A stretch of DNA of 64,000 nt from Nitrospinaceae bacterium (GTDB lineage Bacteria; Nitrospinota; Nitrospinia; Nitrospinales; Nitrospinaceae). The stretch lies in assembly GCA_965223665.1 (NCBI GenBank), contig OZ245011.1, forward strand, positions 4,000,001-4,064,000, given 5' to 3'. Made by a program: the position numbers and the translations under genes. Position 1 is the first letter of the stretch, and every line of letters starts with the position of its first letter. The notes beneath the pieces were generated by a model, which searched no databases, was not told where the DNA came from, and saw only the letters and a program-made list of their open reading frames with translations. Of this stretch, positions 8,481 through 17,640 are shown one piece after another.

Positions 8481-10343
8481 TTAGCTCTTTTTTTCTGCAA
8501 AAAAAATGGTTGCCTCGGGATTGATGGTATTTTCAGGGCACATTTTTAGATGTTGCCGAAAAAATGGCATGTTTATAATGGCGTCTCCCTTATGAGAAAT
8601 TAAATTATAATGATCAAATAGTCCTCGAATAGGATGAGGACCTTGCAGAAATAATATTCCTCCTGGTTCTAAAGCATTGGTAACAGACATTAAAATTTGT
8701 TCTGCGGTTTCTCGTTCATGATGATACATAAATGGTATCCACTTAAATATCATATCGTATTTTTGTTCATAAGCTTCTTCAACGTATTCCATTTCTGGAA
8801 GAAAACGAACTCGACTCACACCATCTAACTGTTTCCGAGTAACAGAATAATTCCATAATTGTTGAGCGTTTTTAACGGCAAACTCTGGGTCCCCATAAAG
8901 AACTACATATTCCCGTTCATGAGTGCAGTCAATGCACCCAGAAATTACCGTATCAAAAGTATGGATAAGAACACGTTTTACACTTTCCAATTTTTCGGGC
9001 ATGCCTTTATGGTTTTCCATGTAATAAAAAATTTGGTCAAGTGCCATGGGTTGAAGGGAGGACTCATCAATTGGATCTGCTCCCTCGGGATAAAATGGAA
9101 CAGTGTATAAAATTTTTATCGGATCCACCTCCGGAACATTTCCCTCAAAAAACTTTTTCCAGCCAAATGATTGAGGAGCGGGAACCGGTACCGGCCCACT
9201 GGGTTCAATGTTCCAATCGGGTTTAAGAGAAATCTCTCTTTTTTGTTGCGCATCATGTAAAACAATCCGATTTTCTAATACTTCCATGTATCGTTGACAG
9301 GAACCACGTCCCCCTTGGGCTGTGTTGATAAAGGGAATGGCTGCAGGATCGTTCCAACTAGTTACTTTAAACAAATAGCCTTCTTGGACTGTAAGACTAA
9401 TTTTATGTTGCGTATCAAAGTAACGCCAGGGAGGGTGAGATTTTGGTGTCCATTCAATTTCATGGGAACGGTCTGCATTCATAAAGACATCAAGAATTTT
9501 TTCTCCCTTGGGACCTCTAGGTTCAAAAAAAGCAGAAAATATATTGTACGCTTCGCTGGAAGGATAGGTAGGTAATCCTCTGTATCTTAAAGGTAGCATG
9601 GTGTTGTCACGGCTTTGGTCTTCATAAAGTCCCCAAATAAATTCAAATACGGCGCCGCCACTTCCAGGTAAAGTAGATTGAAATAATTCTACAACTGGAA
9701 TTAGATCTAAATGTTCCCAATTCACCGTGAACATAAAACTGACAAACTGAGTTTTTTCAAAATTCCCGTTGATCAAAACGTATAAACCGTCTTTTTGTAA
9801 TTGCACATCATATTCGCCTTCTCCGGTTGTAATGAAATTTTTGTCATGATAAAAATATTTTACTTCAGAGAAGGGGACCTGCCAGGCCTGGGAAGCTCCA
9901 TGTCGAAGATCATCCAACGTCATACGTTCCCAGTTGGGTTGGCTTTTAATACTAATATGTGTTGAGAAAGTTTTTGCCTTGGGTCGAATGCCGATCCATT
10001 GTTGACAGTCCAGTTGCATCCGAACGTGTTTAAGTTTGATTTCATTTGAACTTTGGTCACGTTCCCATTCAGCTTCATGAAGAATATTTCCAGACGGATC
10101 TGTCATCAAAAACCGTTTACCTAATGAGTTATAAAACACCGTGTGGCCCGTGGGATAAATTTTGACGCGTATGTTGTCAGCTAATGGTTCTTGCCTATCA
10201 AACCAATAAGTCGCTCCATTTATCTCTTTGCTTTTTAGTTGCGTCAGTGGTTCTTTGAGTCGTTCAACTTCCTGGATATTTGGAGGAAAGACCAAATTTC
10301 CTTCCTTGGATAAAACTTGAATACGTTCATGGATATCAAACAA
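8481..10343 (-). CDS. Large hypothetical protein; C-terminus resembles a class I SAM methyltransferase fold
   Basis: 620-aa ORF with AAAAGGA RBS; YDMIF and ALEPGGILFL near the C-terminus. Confidence 0.7.
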   Translation of the reverse strand: MFDIHERIQVLSKEGNLVFPPNIQEVERLKEPLTQLKSKEINGATYWFDRQEPLADNIRVKIYPTGHTVFYNSLGKRFLMTDPSGNILHEAEWERDQSSNEIKLKHVRMQLDCQQWIGIRPKAKTFSTHISIKSQPNWERMTLDDLRHGASQAWQVPFSEVKYFYHDKNFITTGEGEYDVQLQKDGLYVLINGNFEKTQFVSFMFTVNWEHLDLIPVVELFQSTLPGSGGAVFEFIWGLYEDQSRDNTMLPLRYRGLPTYPSSEAYNIFSAFFEPRGPKGEKILDVFMNADRSHEIEWTPKSHPPWRYFDTQHKISLTVQEGYLFKVTSWNDPAAIPFINTAQGGRGSCQRYMEVLENRIVLHDAQQKREISLKPDWNIEPSGPVPVPAPQSFGWKKFFEGNVPEVDPIKILYTVPFYPEGADPIDESSLQPMALDQIFYYMENHKGMPEKLESVKRVLIHTFDTVISGCIDCTHEREYVVLYGDPEFAVKNAQQLWNYSVTRKQLDGVSRVRFLPEMEYVEEAYEQKYDMIFKWIPFMYHHERETAEQILMSVTNALEPGGILFLQGPHPIRGLFDHYNLISHKGDAIINMPFFRQHLKMCPENTINPEATIFFAEKKS

Positions 10344-10591
10344 ATCAATTTCCTTTTGAGGTTGTGAATTGGAGGGATTATAGGGAGTGAATTAAATGCT
10401 GTCAAATCAGCTGTAATATATTTTCCTTTTGATCAAAATTAATCAAAAGGGATTTTTGGGATTTCAGGTTTCCTATTTCCCTTGATAAGCCAAATTGTTT
10501 GCGTTGGGCTGGCAAAGCTTTTTAAATTCCAGGTAAAATACAAATACACACCCACATTTGATTTAGAGAATTTGCCAAGCCTTTAACCTTT

Positions 10592-10921
10592 TTGCGTGTT
10601 TTTGGCGTCTTGCTTTTAATCTGTTTTATTACCAGTCCTTTGCAAGCACAACCCAAAAAAAGAAGGCCGGGGATTGAGCCTTATATGAGTGAAGAAATTC
10701 CTTCTAACGAACTTATTGATCGAATTTGTCGAAAAAAACCGGATCAAGTGATGGGAAAAATTGAAACGGGTCCAAATTAATATACGGTTTACATTGCTGT
10801 CATAGCAAATAGAGCCATTCAAGCGCAAGCGACCACGCTTGTTAAACTGGATTCCAATATGTGGGTCCTTGGTTGTTTTGCATCTATTCCGCAGGTAGTG
10901 ATGCAGCCAGTAAAGAAGTGA
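10592..10921 (+). pseudogene. Small exported protein gene interrupted by an in-frame TAA at 10778-10780
   Basis: 62-aa signal-peptide ORF; the same frame stays open for 46 more protein-like codons to TGA at 10919-10921. Confidence 0.6.
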
Positions 10922-11059
10922 ATTTAAACTCCCCAGTGTTTCGAAGGATTAATAGGATTTTTTTTGGAAGAATTTCAAAAAAATACAAGAACTAGCATAC
11001 AATTAATGTCTTAATGATGATGTGAATACTTGGTTTCCATCGGTTTTTTTTGCCATATA

Positions 11060-11088
11060 TTGACACCCCGCCTTTAGGTACATATAAT
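11060..11088 (+). promoter_or_regulatory. Perfect-consensus sigma70 promoter upstream of the TPR gene
   Basis: TTGACA-N17-TATAAT. Confidence 0.75.
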
Positions 11089-11185
11089 CCTAGCTAAACC
11101 TTGAAAAAATCAGGGGATTTTTTATTTGCTCTTAATTGGATAATGCCGGTTGGGAGATATTTTTGTTTGTTTTTGGAGAAGTTGC

Positions 11186-13825
11186 ATGGAATCGAAGCAA
11201 AATGACCCAAATAGTGAATCATTAAGTGAAAGTCGCAAATATGAAGAAATGGCTTATTCCAGCCTGCAAAATCAAAAGCTGGAAGAAGCAGAGTCTCATT
11301 TTCTTACGGCTTTGGATTTAATGGAAAAATCGGGAGACGAAACCGGACAAGCTTATACTTTAGGCAATTTAGGTAACATTTGTTTTCAAAGCAGAAGGTT
11401 TGATTTAGCCCAAGATTATTATCAGCGCTCACTTTCTTTAATGGAAAAACTTAAAGATAGTCGGGGAATTGAAAACTCTTTAGGTAATTTAGGAAATGTG
11501 AATTTGTTTAAAGGGGAGTTAGATGAGGCCCAGGAAAATTATCTTAAAGCTCTAAAATTTGGTGAGGAAACAAAAAATCTAGAAGGGCAAATTAAATATA
11601 ATGAAAATCTCGCCCAAATTGCGATTCAAAGAGAAGACTTTTTAGATGCTTTGAAGTTTTTCGAAAAAGTTCGGTCATTTTTGATTTCAGAACAAGAGAA
11701 TATAAATAAAGTAAATGAGCTGGACGAGCAAATAAAAAAAATAAAATCCCATCCTAAATTTTTGGAAGCTCGGGAAAAAGAATTTCAAAAAGAAATTGAT
11801 AGCCTATCAGAGCAAAAACGCCATAAGGAACTTATTGAAAAATACCAGGAACTTGAAGAAATATTTTTCCAGGCAAATCGTTTTGACAAAATGGTTGAAG
11901 TAAACGAAAAAATTATTACTGTTTTGAACGAACAAAATGATAAGCAATCTATTGCCATTTGTCATGCCAATTTGGGAAGCACTCTGATGCAGGAAGCTCT
12001 TTCTGGAAAGAAAGAGTTGCTAACCCAAGCGGAAGAGCATCTTCGGCAAGCCCTGGAATATATGGAAAGTAATAAGGATCAACGGCGAAAATCTTATCTA
12101 TTAGGAAGTCTGGGAATAATCTATTTAAACCAAAATGAATTGGATAAAGCTTACGACCATTACAATCAATCCTTGCAAATTATGAAGGAATTGAACGATG
12201 AAATGGGGGAGGCACGGAGTTATGCCAATCTGGGTCGTGTAGAGATGCTCAAAGAAAATTGGGATGCGGCTTTAGCGCAATATCAAAAGTCCTTAGAGAT
12301 GATGGAGAAATTGCAAAACAGGCCTGGGGTCGCACAACAACATGAGGCGATTGGAGATATTTTTCTGAAGAAGGAAGACTGGGATCAGGCTGATGAAAAT
12401 TTGCAGAAAGCACTAGCGTTTTATGAAATGTTAAAAGATCAGGCTAGTGTTGGGATTGTGGAGGATAAGCTGGTTTACATTATGAGCCAGCCATCGAAAT
12501 TAGAAAGCAGAGCAAAAGAAATTCAAGATCAGTTGAACCAAACGGATGATAATAAAGATCCTAAAAAGAAGATTGCGTTGCTAAAAGATCTTAGTAACGT
12601 TTATTTTATGGGGAACAATTTTGATAAAGCGCAAGAGTATCTTGAGGGGATATTACCGCTTCAGGAAAAATTAGATGACCAGATGGGTTTGAGCAGCACG
12701 CATGGAAACTTAGCAAGTATCTTAATGCAAAAACAAGATTTTGATAATGCTGATAGTCATTTTGAACAATCCATCCAGATAAGGGAAAAAGCCGGTGTGA
12801 CTCCTGAAAGTTTGATTGAACTGTATGGTAATCGAGCCAATGTTTTATTAATGGCAAATAAATTGGATCAAGCGGAAAAGTTAATGAAAAAAACGCTTAG
12901 AATCAATGAAAAAGCTAAGAACACTAAGGGATTGGTAGCAGACTATCGAAATCTAGGAAATCTTTGCCTGCAAAAAACGGATTGGTTGGGTGCTGAGCAG
13001 AACTATAAAAAAGCGTTGGACATTAATTCAAAGCTTGGTAATAAAAGTGAAATGGCTGAGGACTATCGGAATCAATGTAATTTGTATATTCAAAAGGAAG
13101 ATTGGAAACAAGCGGAAAAATATGGTCGTGACGCTTTAGAATTAGCAGAGCAGATTAAGGATTTGCAAAGTATTTGTCATGATTCGCGAACTCTGGTGAG
13201 AATTTATTCTGAACAAAAAGAGAGAATGAAAATTGAACCTCTTCTTTTGAAATCGTTGGAAACTGCTAAAAACATTAGTCAGAGAGAAGTCTGTATTGAT
13301 TTGCGCAGTCTTGGTAATTTTTATATGGATAAAGGTTATACAGAAAAAGCTGAAAAGTTTTTTAAAGATTCCTATGAGATTTCCCAAAAAGCAGGTGACA
13401 AAGGTAGTCTTGCTGAAGATCTTCGAAACTTAGGAAATTTTTATTTTCGTCGAAGTAATCCTACAGAAGCGGAGACACTTTATAAACAAGCGTTGGATTA
13501 TACTTTAGAAATTGGAGACAAATCCGAATCTGCGAAAGATTATACTTTCCTGGGAAACTTAAAGTTTAAGGGGAAAAAATTTGAGGAGGCTGATCAATAT
13601 TTTGAAAAAGCCGCGACCTTGTTTAAAGAATTAAAAAATACTGTGAGTCTGGTTCAGCTGTATATGACGGTGGCCCGGTTAAACTTAGCAGAATCCCGTA
13701 AGGAGCCCAGTGAAGAGTATTTAGATAAAGCTCAGGAAATTGCAGTTTCTTTGGGTAATCCTGAAAAACTCACTAAATCGATCGAAGAAATGCGGAAAAT
13801 GATAGACCGGATCGACAAAATTTAG
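11186..13825 (+). CDS. Large tetratricopeptide-repeat (TPR_12/MalT-type) protein
   Basis: Many repeats of the form xNLGNxxxxxxxxxxAxxxYxKAL. ATG follows GGAG (ORF track start is 11150). Confidence 0.9.
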   Translation: MESKQNDPNSESLSESRKYEEMAYSSLQNQKLEEAESHFLTALDLMEKSGDETGQAYTLGNLGNICFQSRRFDLAQDYYQRSLSLMEKLKDSRGIENSLGNLGNVNLFKGELDEAQENYLKALKFGEETKNLEGQIKYNENLAQIAIQREDFLDALKFFEKVRSFLISEQENINKVNELDEQIKKIKSHPKFLEAREKEFQKEIDSLSEQKRHKELIEKYQELEEIFFQANRFDKMVEVNEKIITVLNEQNDKQSIAICHANLGSTLMQEALSGKKELLTQAEEHLRQALEYMESNKDQRRKSYLLGSLGIIYLNQNELDKAYDHYNQSLQIMKELNDEMGEARSYANLGRVEMLKENWDAALAQYQKSLEMMEKLQNRPGVAQQHEAIGDIFLKKEDWDQADENLQKALAFYEMLKDQASVGIVEDKLVYIMSQPSKLESRAKEIQDQLNQTDDNKDPKKKIALLKDLSNVYFMGNNFDKAQEYLEGILPLQEKLDDQMGLSSTHGNLASILMQKQDFDNADSHFEQSIQIREKAGVTPESLIELYGNRANVLLMANKLDQAEKLMKKTLRINEKAKNTKGLVADYRNLGNLCLQKTDWLGAEQNYKKALDINSKLGNKSEMAEDYRNQCNLYIQKEDWKQAEKYGRDALELAEQIKDLQSICHDSRTLVRIYSEQKERMKIEPLLLKSLETAKNISQREVCIDLRSLGNFYMDKGYTEKAEKFFKDSYEISQKAGDKGSLAEDLRNLGNFYFRRSNPTEAETLYKQALDYTLEIGDKSESAKDYTFLGNLKFKGKKFEEADQYFEKAATLFKELKNTVSLVQLYMTVARLNLAESRKEPSEEYLDKAQEIAVSLGNPEKLTKSIEEMRKMIDRIDKI

Positions 13826-14011
13826 TTTTTTAAATTACGAGGCTGCTTTTATTAGTTAGGGTTTTCTAACTTGTTGTTTTTTAATTCGGTTTCTGGTTTT
13901 TTTGTGTAAAGTTTTAATAATTAATATTTTGGTGGATATTGTTTTATTGAGCTATATAGAAGGGGCGGAGCCTGACTAATATATAGCTTGTATAAAAAAG
14001 TTTTAGTAGCC

Positions 14012-14040
14012 TTGACATAAAGGGTTCCTTCATATAATTT
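14012..14040 (+). promoter_or_regulatory. Probable sigma70 promoter
   Basis: TTGACA followed by TATAAT (15-nt spacer) or TAATTT (17-nt spacer). Confidence 0.5.
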
Positions 14041-14086
14041 TATGCAATAACTCCCAGAATTTATTATTTCTATTGGTTTTTTAATT

Positions 14087-15259
14087 ATGAAAGTTATATA
14101 TAGTCCCCAATTAATGGAAGAGGCTGTTTTTCGGCACTTGAATCATTTAGAGCGTTCTGGAAAACGAGCGGAATATGATGAATACCATTCTCTAGCGGAT
14201 CCGATTTATGAGCTTCCTGAGGATGATCGAGAGGAAGCCTTTGCTAAAGTAAATAAATTGTTCTTTATTGAGAATCTTGGTTTAGGCGACTTTGTACTTA
14301 AATCTCTCGAAGCATGTGGATTAATTCCCAAACGCCAAAGAGTTGCGAAGAAGCCTGTAACAGTACCAGCAGAGGCCGAGGAAGCAGAAGCTGAGTCAGC
14401 ACCTGTTGATGGATTAGATACTTCGGCGGCGGCCGAGGAGTCCACCGAAGTTTCTCCACCAAATGAAAATGAGGAATCCTTAGAAGCAGTCGAACAAAAA
14501 GACGAAGATCTTGTGACTTACGAAGAAGAAAGAACATTTGAAGAAAAGATTAAAGAGATTGTTATTAAACGAGCCATTAATAAAGTGGATGAAGGTTCTA
14601 ACGTTTTAAATAGAGTTTCTGGTTTACCTATTATCGAAATGCGAGTTTTGGCCAGTCGTTTTGCAAACCCTGAAGAAGCAAGGGAACTAGAATCTTTTTT
14701 GATTCATGAGTTTATGCATGCCCGGGATATGATGGATCCTGAGTTTGATTATGAGGACGCATTTATTCCAGGAAATCCTTCAGTAAAAAACTTAATTACT
14801 GCACGGTTTAGATTGCTTTGGAACATTTTTGTAGATTCGAGATTAGCCCGAAAAAAAATTCGCTCTGTTATGCCAAAAGAAGCAAGATTTAGAGAATTTG
14901 ATAACTATTATCGGAAAATTCCTGAACAACAGCGTCGAGGTATTTTTGAGGGTTTATGGGGTACAGAAAAACTGACCCATGAAGAATTACTTTCCATGGC
15001 CACAGATTTAGAAACTCTTATTAGTAAATATGTGGATTATACGGAAGAGTTTACGGAACAAGATCGAGAATTTATCCATCTTCAGGGGTCGCCCTGTCCA
15101 TTGTGTAAATTCCCAACTTATAATTGGGTGGACGATCCTGAAAGTGTTTGTGATGAAATGGTTATTGAAGCAATCCAGATTGATTTTCCGGATTGGGAAA
15201 ATAAAGATGGCGCATGTGACCGTTGTATTGAAGTGTATGAATTAAGGGCTGGTATATAA
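14087..15259 (+). CDS. Uncharacterised HExxH protein with a C-terminal Cys4 Zn-binding motif
   Basis: LIHEFMHARDMMDPEFDY, CPLC...CDRC, and an acidic low-complexity insert. Confidence 0.8.
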   Translation: MKVIYSPQLMEEAVFRHLNHLERSGKRAEYDEYHSLADPIYELPEDDREEAFAKVNKLFFIENLGLGDFVLKSLEACGLIPKRQRVAKKPVTVPAEAEEAEAESAPVDGLDTSAAAEESTEVSPPNENEESLEAVEQKDEDLVTYEEERTFEEKIKEIVIKRAINKVDEGSNVLNRVSGLPIIEMRVLASRFANPEEARELESFLIHEFMHARDMMDPEFDYEDAFIPGNPSVKNLITARFRLLWNIFVDSRLARKKIRSVMPKEARFREFDNYYRKIPEQQRRGIFEGLWGTEKLTHEELLSMATDLETLISKYVDYTEEFTEQDREFIHLQGSPCPLCKFPTYNWVDDPESVCDEMVIEAIQIDFPDWENKDGACDRCIEVYELRAGI

Positions 15260-15475
15260 AGAGCCTTTTTATTTATAGAACAAATATTGAATTGACGGTA
15301 GTATTGTTTAAAATGTAAGATTTCCAGCTATAGGCATTTAGTAGAATTCTTATAGTTTAGATAGGTGAAAGTTTAAAAACCAATTTAAAGATAATTGAAA
15401 AGAATTTTTATTAAAGTTAAAATAAGGGCGAAAAAGGACAGCTGTAATTGAATTCCTTTTCTAATGGAGTAGCCG

Positions 15476-16306
15476 ATGACTGAAACGAGTGAAGTATCCA
15501 AAAACCAAGATCCTATACTAGTGAAATTTGGAGAAACTGGAACCCTTGAAGAATGTAAAGAACAAAGAATTTCTTTACAGTTAGCCCGGGGTCGAGTGTA
15601 TGACATATTGTCAAGTGCATTCAGTTATCCTTGGAATCGGAAATTTTTTAGACCTAAGTCGCTTTTAGAACCCTTAGATGTAGTCTTATTAGATGAAGAT
15701 GATTGGAAAACTGCGAAGGAAATAATTAATCGATTCGGTAAATACCTACCCAATATGGCTTTAAAGCAAGTTCAACAAGAGTATGTAAAGGTTTTTGGTC
15801 ATGCTGTTTCTCAGGAATGTCCCCCGTATGAAATGCAGTATGGAACAGAGGGGGGAATCCAATCACAAACTGATGTGTTAATCCAGTTGGGGGGGTTTTA
15901 CGAAACCTTTGGATTTGAATTTCCTAAAAGTCGAGGAAAAGAACGAGTAGATCATCTTTCTGTTGAATTAGCATTCCTTGCTTACCTATGTTTTAGAGAA
16001 GCCTATGGAATAAGTAATGGACATGATGAAAAGAAAATATCCATTGTCCGACAAAGTTCGAAAAAATTTATAAGAAATCATGTGGGACGGTGGACACCTT
16101 TGTTTTGTATTTTTACTTCCCGTAAGGCGGAACGGGGGCTTTATAAAGATTTAGTAGACCTGTTAGCTTTGTTTGTGAAAAATGAATGCGCCTTGTTGGA
16201 TGTTAAGCCGATAAAAGTCGAAGAACCAGAATATCGTTCGTTGTCTTACAGTATGGAAAATGATCTTGTTGCTAATGCTCCAGCTGAGTGCGAACCGATA
16301 AAATAA
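15476..16306 (+). CDS. TorD/DmsD-family molybdoenzyme maturation chaperone
   Basis: CPPYE, ERVDHLSVELAFLAYL, F+RNH+GRW motifs. Confidence 0.88.
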   Translation: MTETSEVSKNQDPILVKFGETGTLEECKEQRISLQLARGRVYDILSSAFSYPWNRKFFRPKSLLEPLDVVLLDEDDWKTAKEIINRFGKYLPNMALKQVQQEYVKVFGHAVSQECPPYEMQYGTEGGIQSQTDVLIQLGGFYETFGFEFPKSRGKERVDHLSVELAFLAYLCFREAYGISNGHDEKKISIVRQSSKKFIRNHVGRWTPLFCIFTSRKAERGLYKDLVDLLALFVKNECALLDVKPIKVEEPEYRSLSYSMENDLVANAPAECEPIK

Positions 16307-16360
16307 GCTATCTGCTACAACCCTCTAGTAATTTTTACCCACCAAATACGGGAATATAAT

Positions 16361-17311
16361 GTGTCGTCTCGAAACCTTTCAGTCTTAGTAGGGTTATTGT
16401 TATTTTGTTTGCCCTTGTCCAGTTTTGCTGTCTCTATAAACGCTGTTAAGGTGGACGGAGAAGTGCCTCTGGATCCTTCAAATGTTTTTTGGTCCAATTA
16501 TGGTCCTACCAAAAATCTTCATGTAATTATTGATCTTAATCCCCAAATGATCACCAATCCAATGTGGCCTAATCCTGCGACGAAGTGGGTTTCAGTCCAA
16601 GCGGCCGTTAATGAAAAGGAAATTGCGATTCGATTAGAATGGGTAGACCCCACTCGTAACGATATTATGGTTCAATCGCAACAATACCGCGACCAGGCCG
16701 CAATTATGTTTCCTGTGGATCAAAGTGGACCTGTTCCACCTTTTACAATGGGAGGTGAGGAAGAGCCGGTAAATATTTGGCAATGGAAAGCCACATGGAA
16801 TAAAGAGGCCGCTGGTAAGGGAGGGAATGAATCAATGCAAGATGTTGAAGATCAGTATCAATATATGGCCATGGGATCTGGAAGTTACTATATCTATGAG
16901 CCTAGCGGAAAATTAAGTTTGTCGGACAAGGAAAAATCAGGAAAAATATCTGATAGAAGTACCTATATTGATGATGGAATGGGCAAAAATGAAGGCGTTT
17001 ATAACCCGGGTCGAGCAACCCACAATATATTATCTGATGCAACCCTACGTCGATCTCCTGTGGAAGATTTAAATGCAGAAGGGTTTAGCACCCTTACCAC
17101 ACAAGCGCATCAAGATGTTGATGGAAATGGCAATTGGAACAATAATCGGTGGTCTGTTGTTTTTAAAAGAGATAGGGTAACCAAAGATAAGAATGATACA
17201 CAATTCATATTTGAAAAAACTCCCATAGCTTTTGCAATTTGGAATGGAAATAATAAAGAAAGAAATGGACAAAAAGCCTTAACTCATTTCCATGAGCTTG
17301 TTTATAAATAA
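16361..17311 (+). CDS. EbdC/NxrC-like periplasmic heme-b (DOMON-type) gamma subunit of a type II DMSO reductase
   Basis: Signal peptide, IRLEWVDPT, DQAAIMFP, FTMG (Met ligand), PVNIWQWKA, EDLNAEGFSTLT, AFAIWNG..ERNGQK (Lys ligand). No CxxCH. Confidence 0.85.
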   Translation: MSSRNLSVLVGLLLFCLPLSSFAVSINAVKVDGEVPLDPSNVFWSNYGPTKNLHVIIDLNPQMITNPMWPNPATKWVSVQAAVNEKEIAIRLEWVDPTRNDIMVQSQQYRDQAAIMFPVDQSGPVPPFTMGGEEEPVNIWQWKATWNKEAAGKGGNESMQDVEDQYQYMAMGSGSYYIYEPSGKLSLSDKEKSGKISDRSTYIDDGMGKNEGVYNPGRATHNILSDATLRRSPVEDLNAEGFSTLTTQAHQDVDGNGNWNNNRWSVVFKRDRVTKDKNDTQFIFEKTPIAFAIWNGNNKERNGQKALTHFHELVYK

Positions 17312-17640
17312 GTTTTGCGCATTTACCCAACTCCCCCTTATTAGGGTATATTTTCTGGTTCCCAGAAACTATTTTTTTAAACCCTTTCGAGGGTTTGGGC
17401 ATCAAATTAATTTGAATAGGAACAAACTATGTTCCTGAGAATTATTATTAATCTACTGAGGGTTTTAAACCTAAAGTTATAAATAAATAGTTGTCTTTAA
17501 TAAGAATTTCTTTCGCTACAGTTTATGATTTATTTCTTTGAAAGTTTTAAGTATTTTTTACTTGGGAAAATGAGGGAGAATAAAAAATAGTGATTTAATT
17601 AGCGAAAGTAATTTCAATACTTTAAAGACGATCTGAAACT

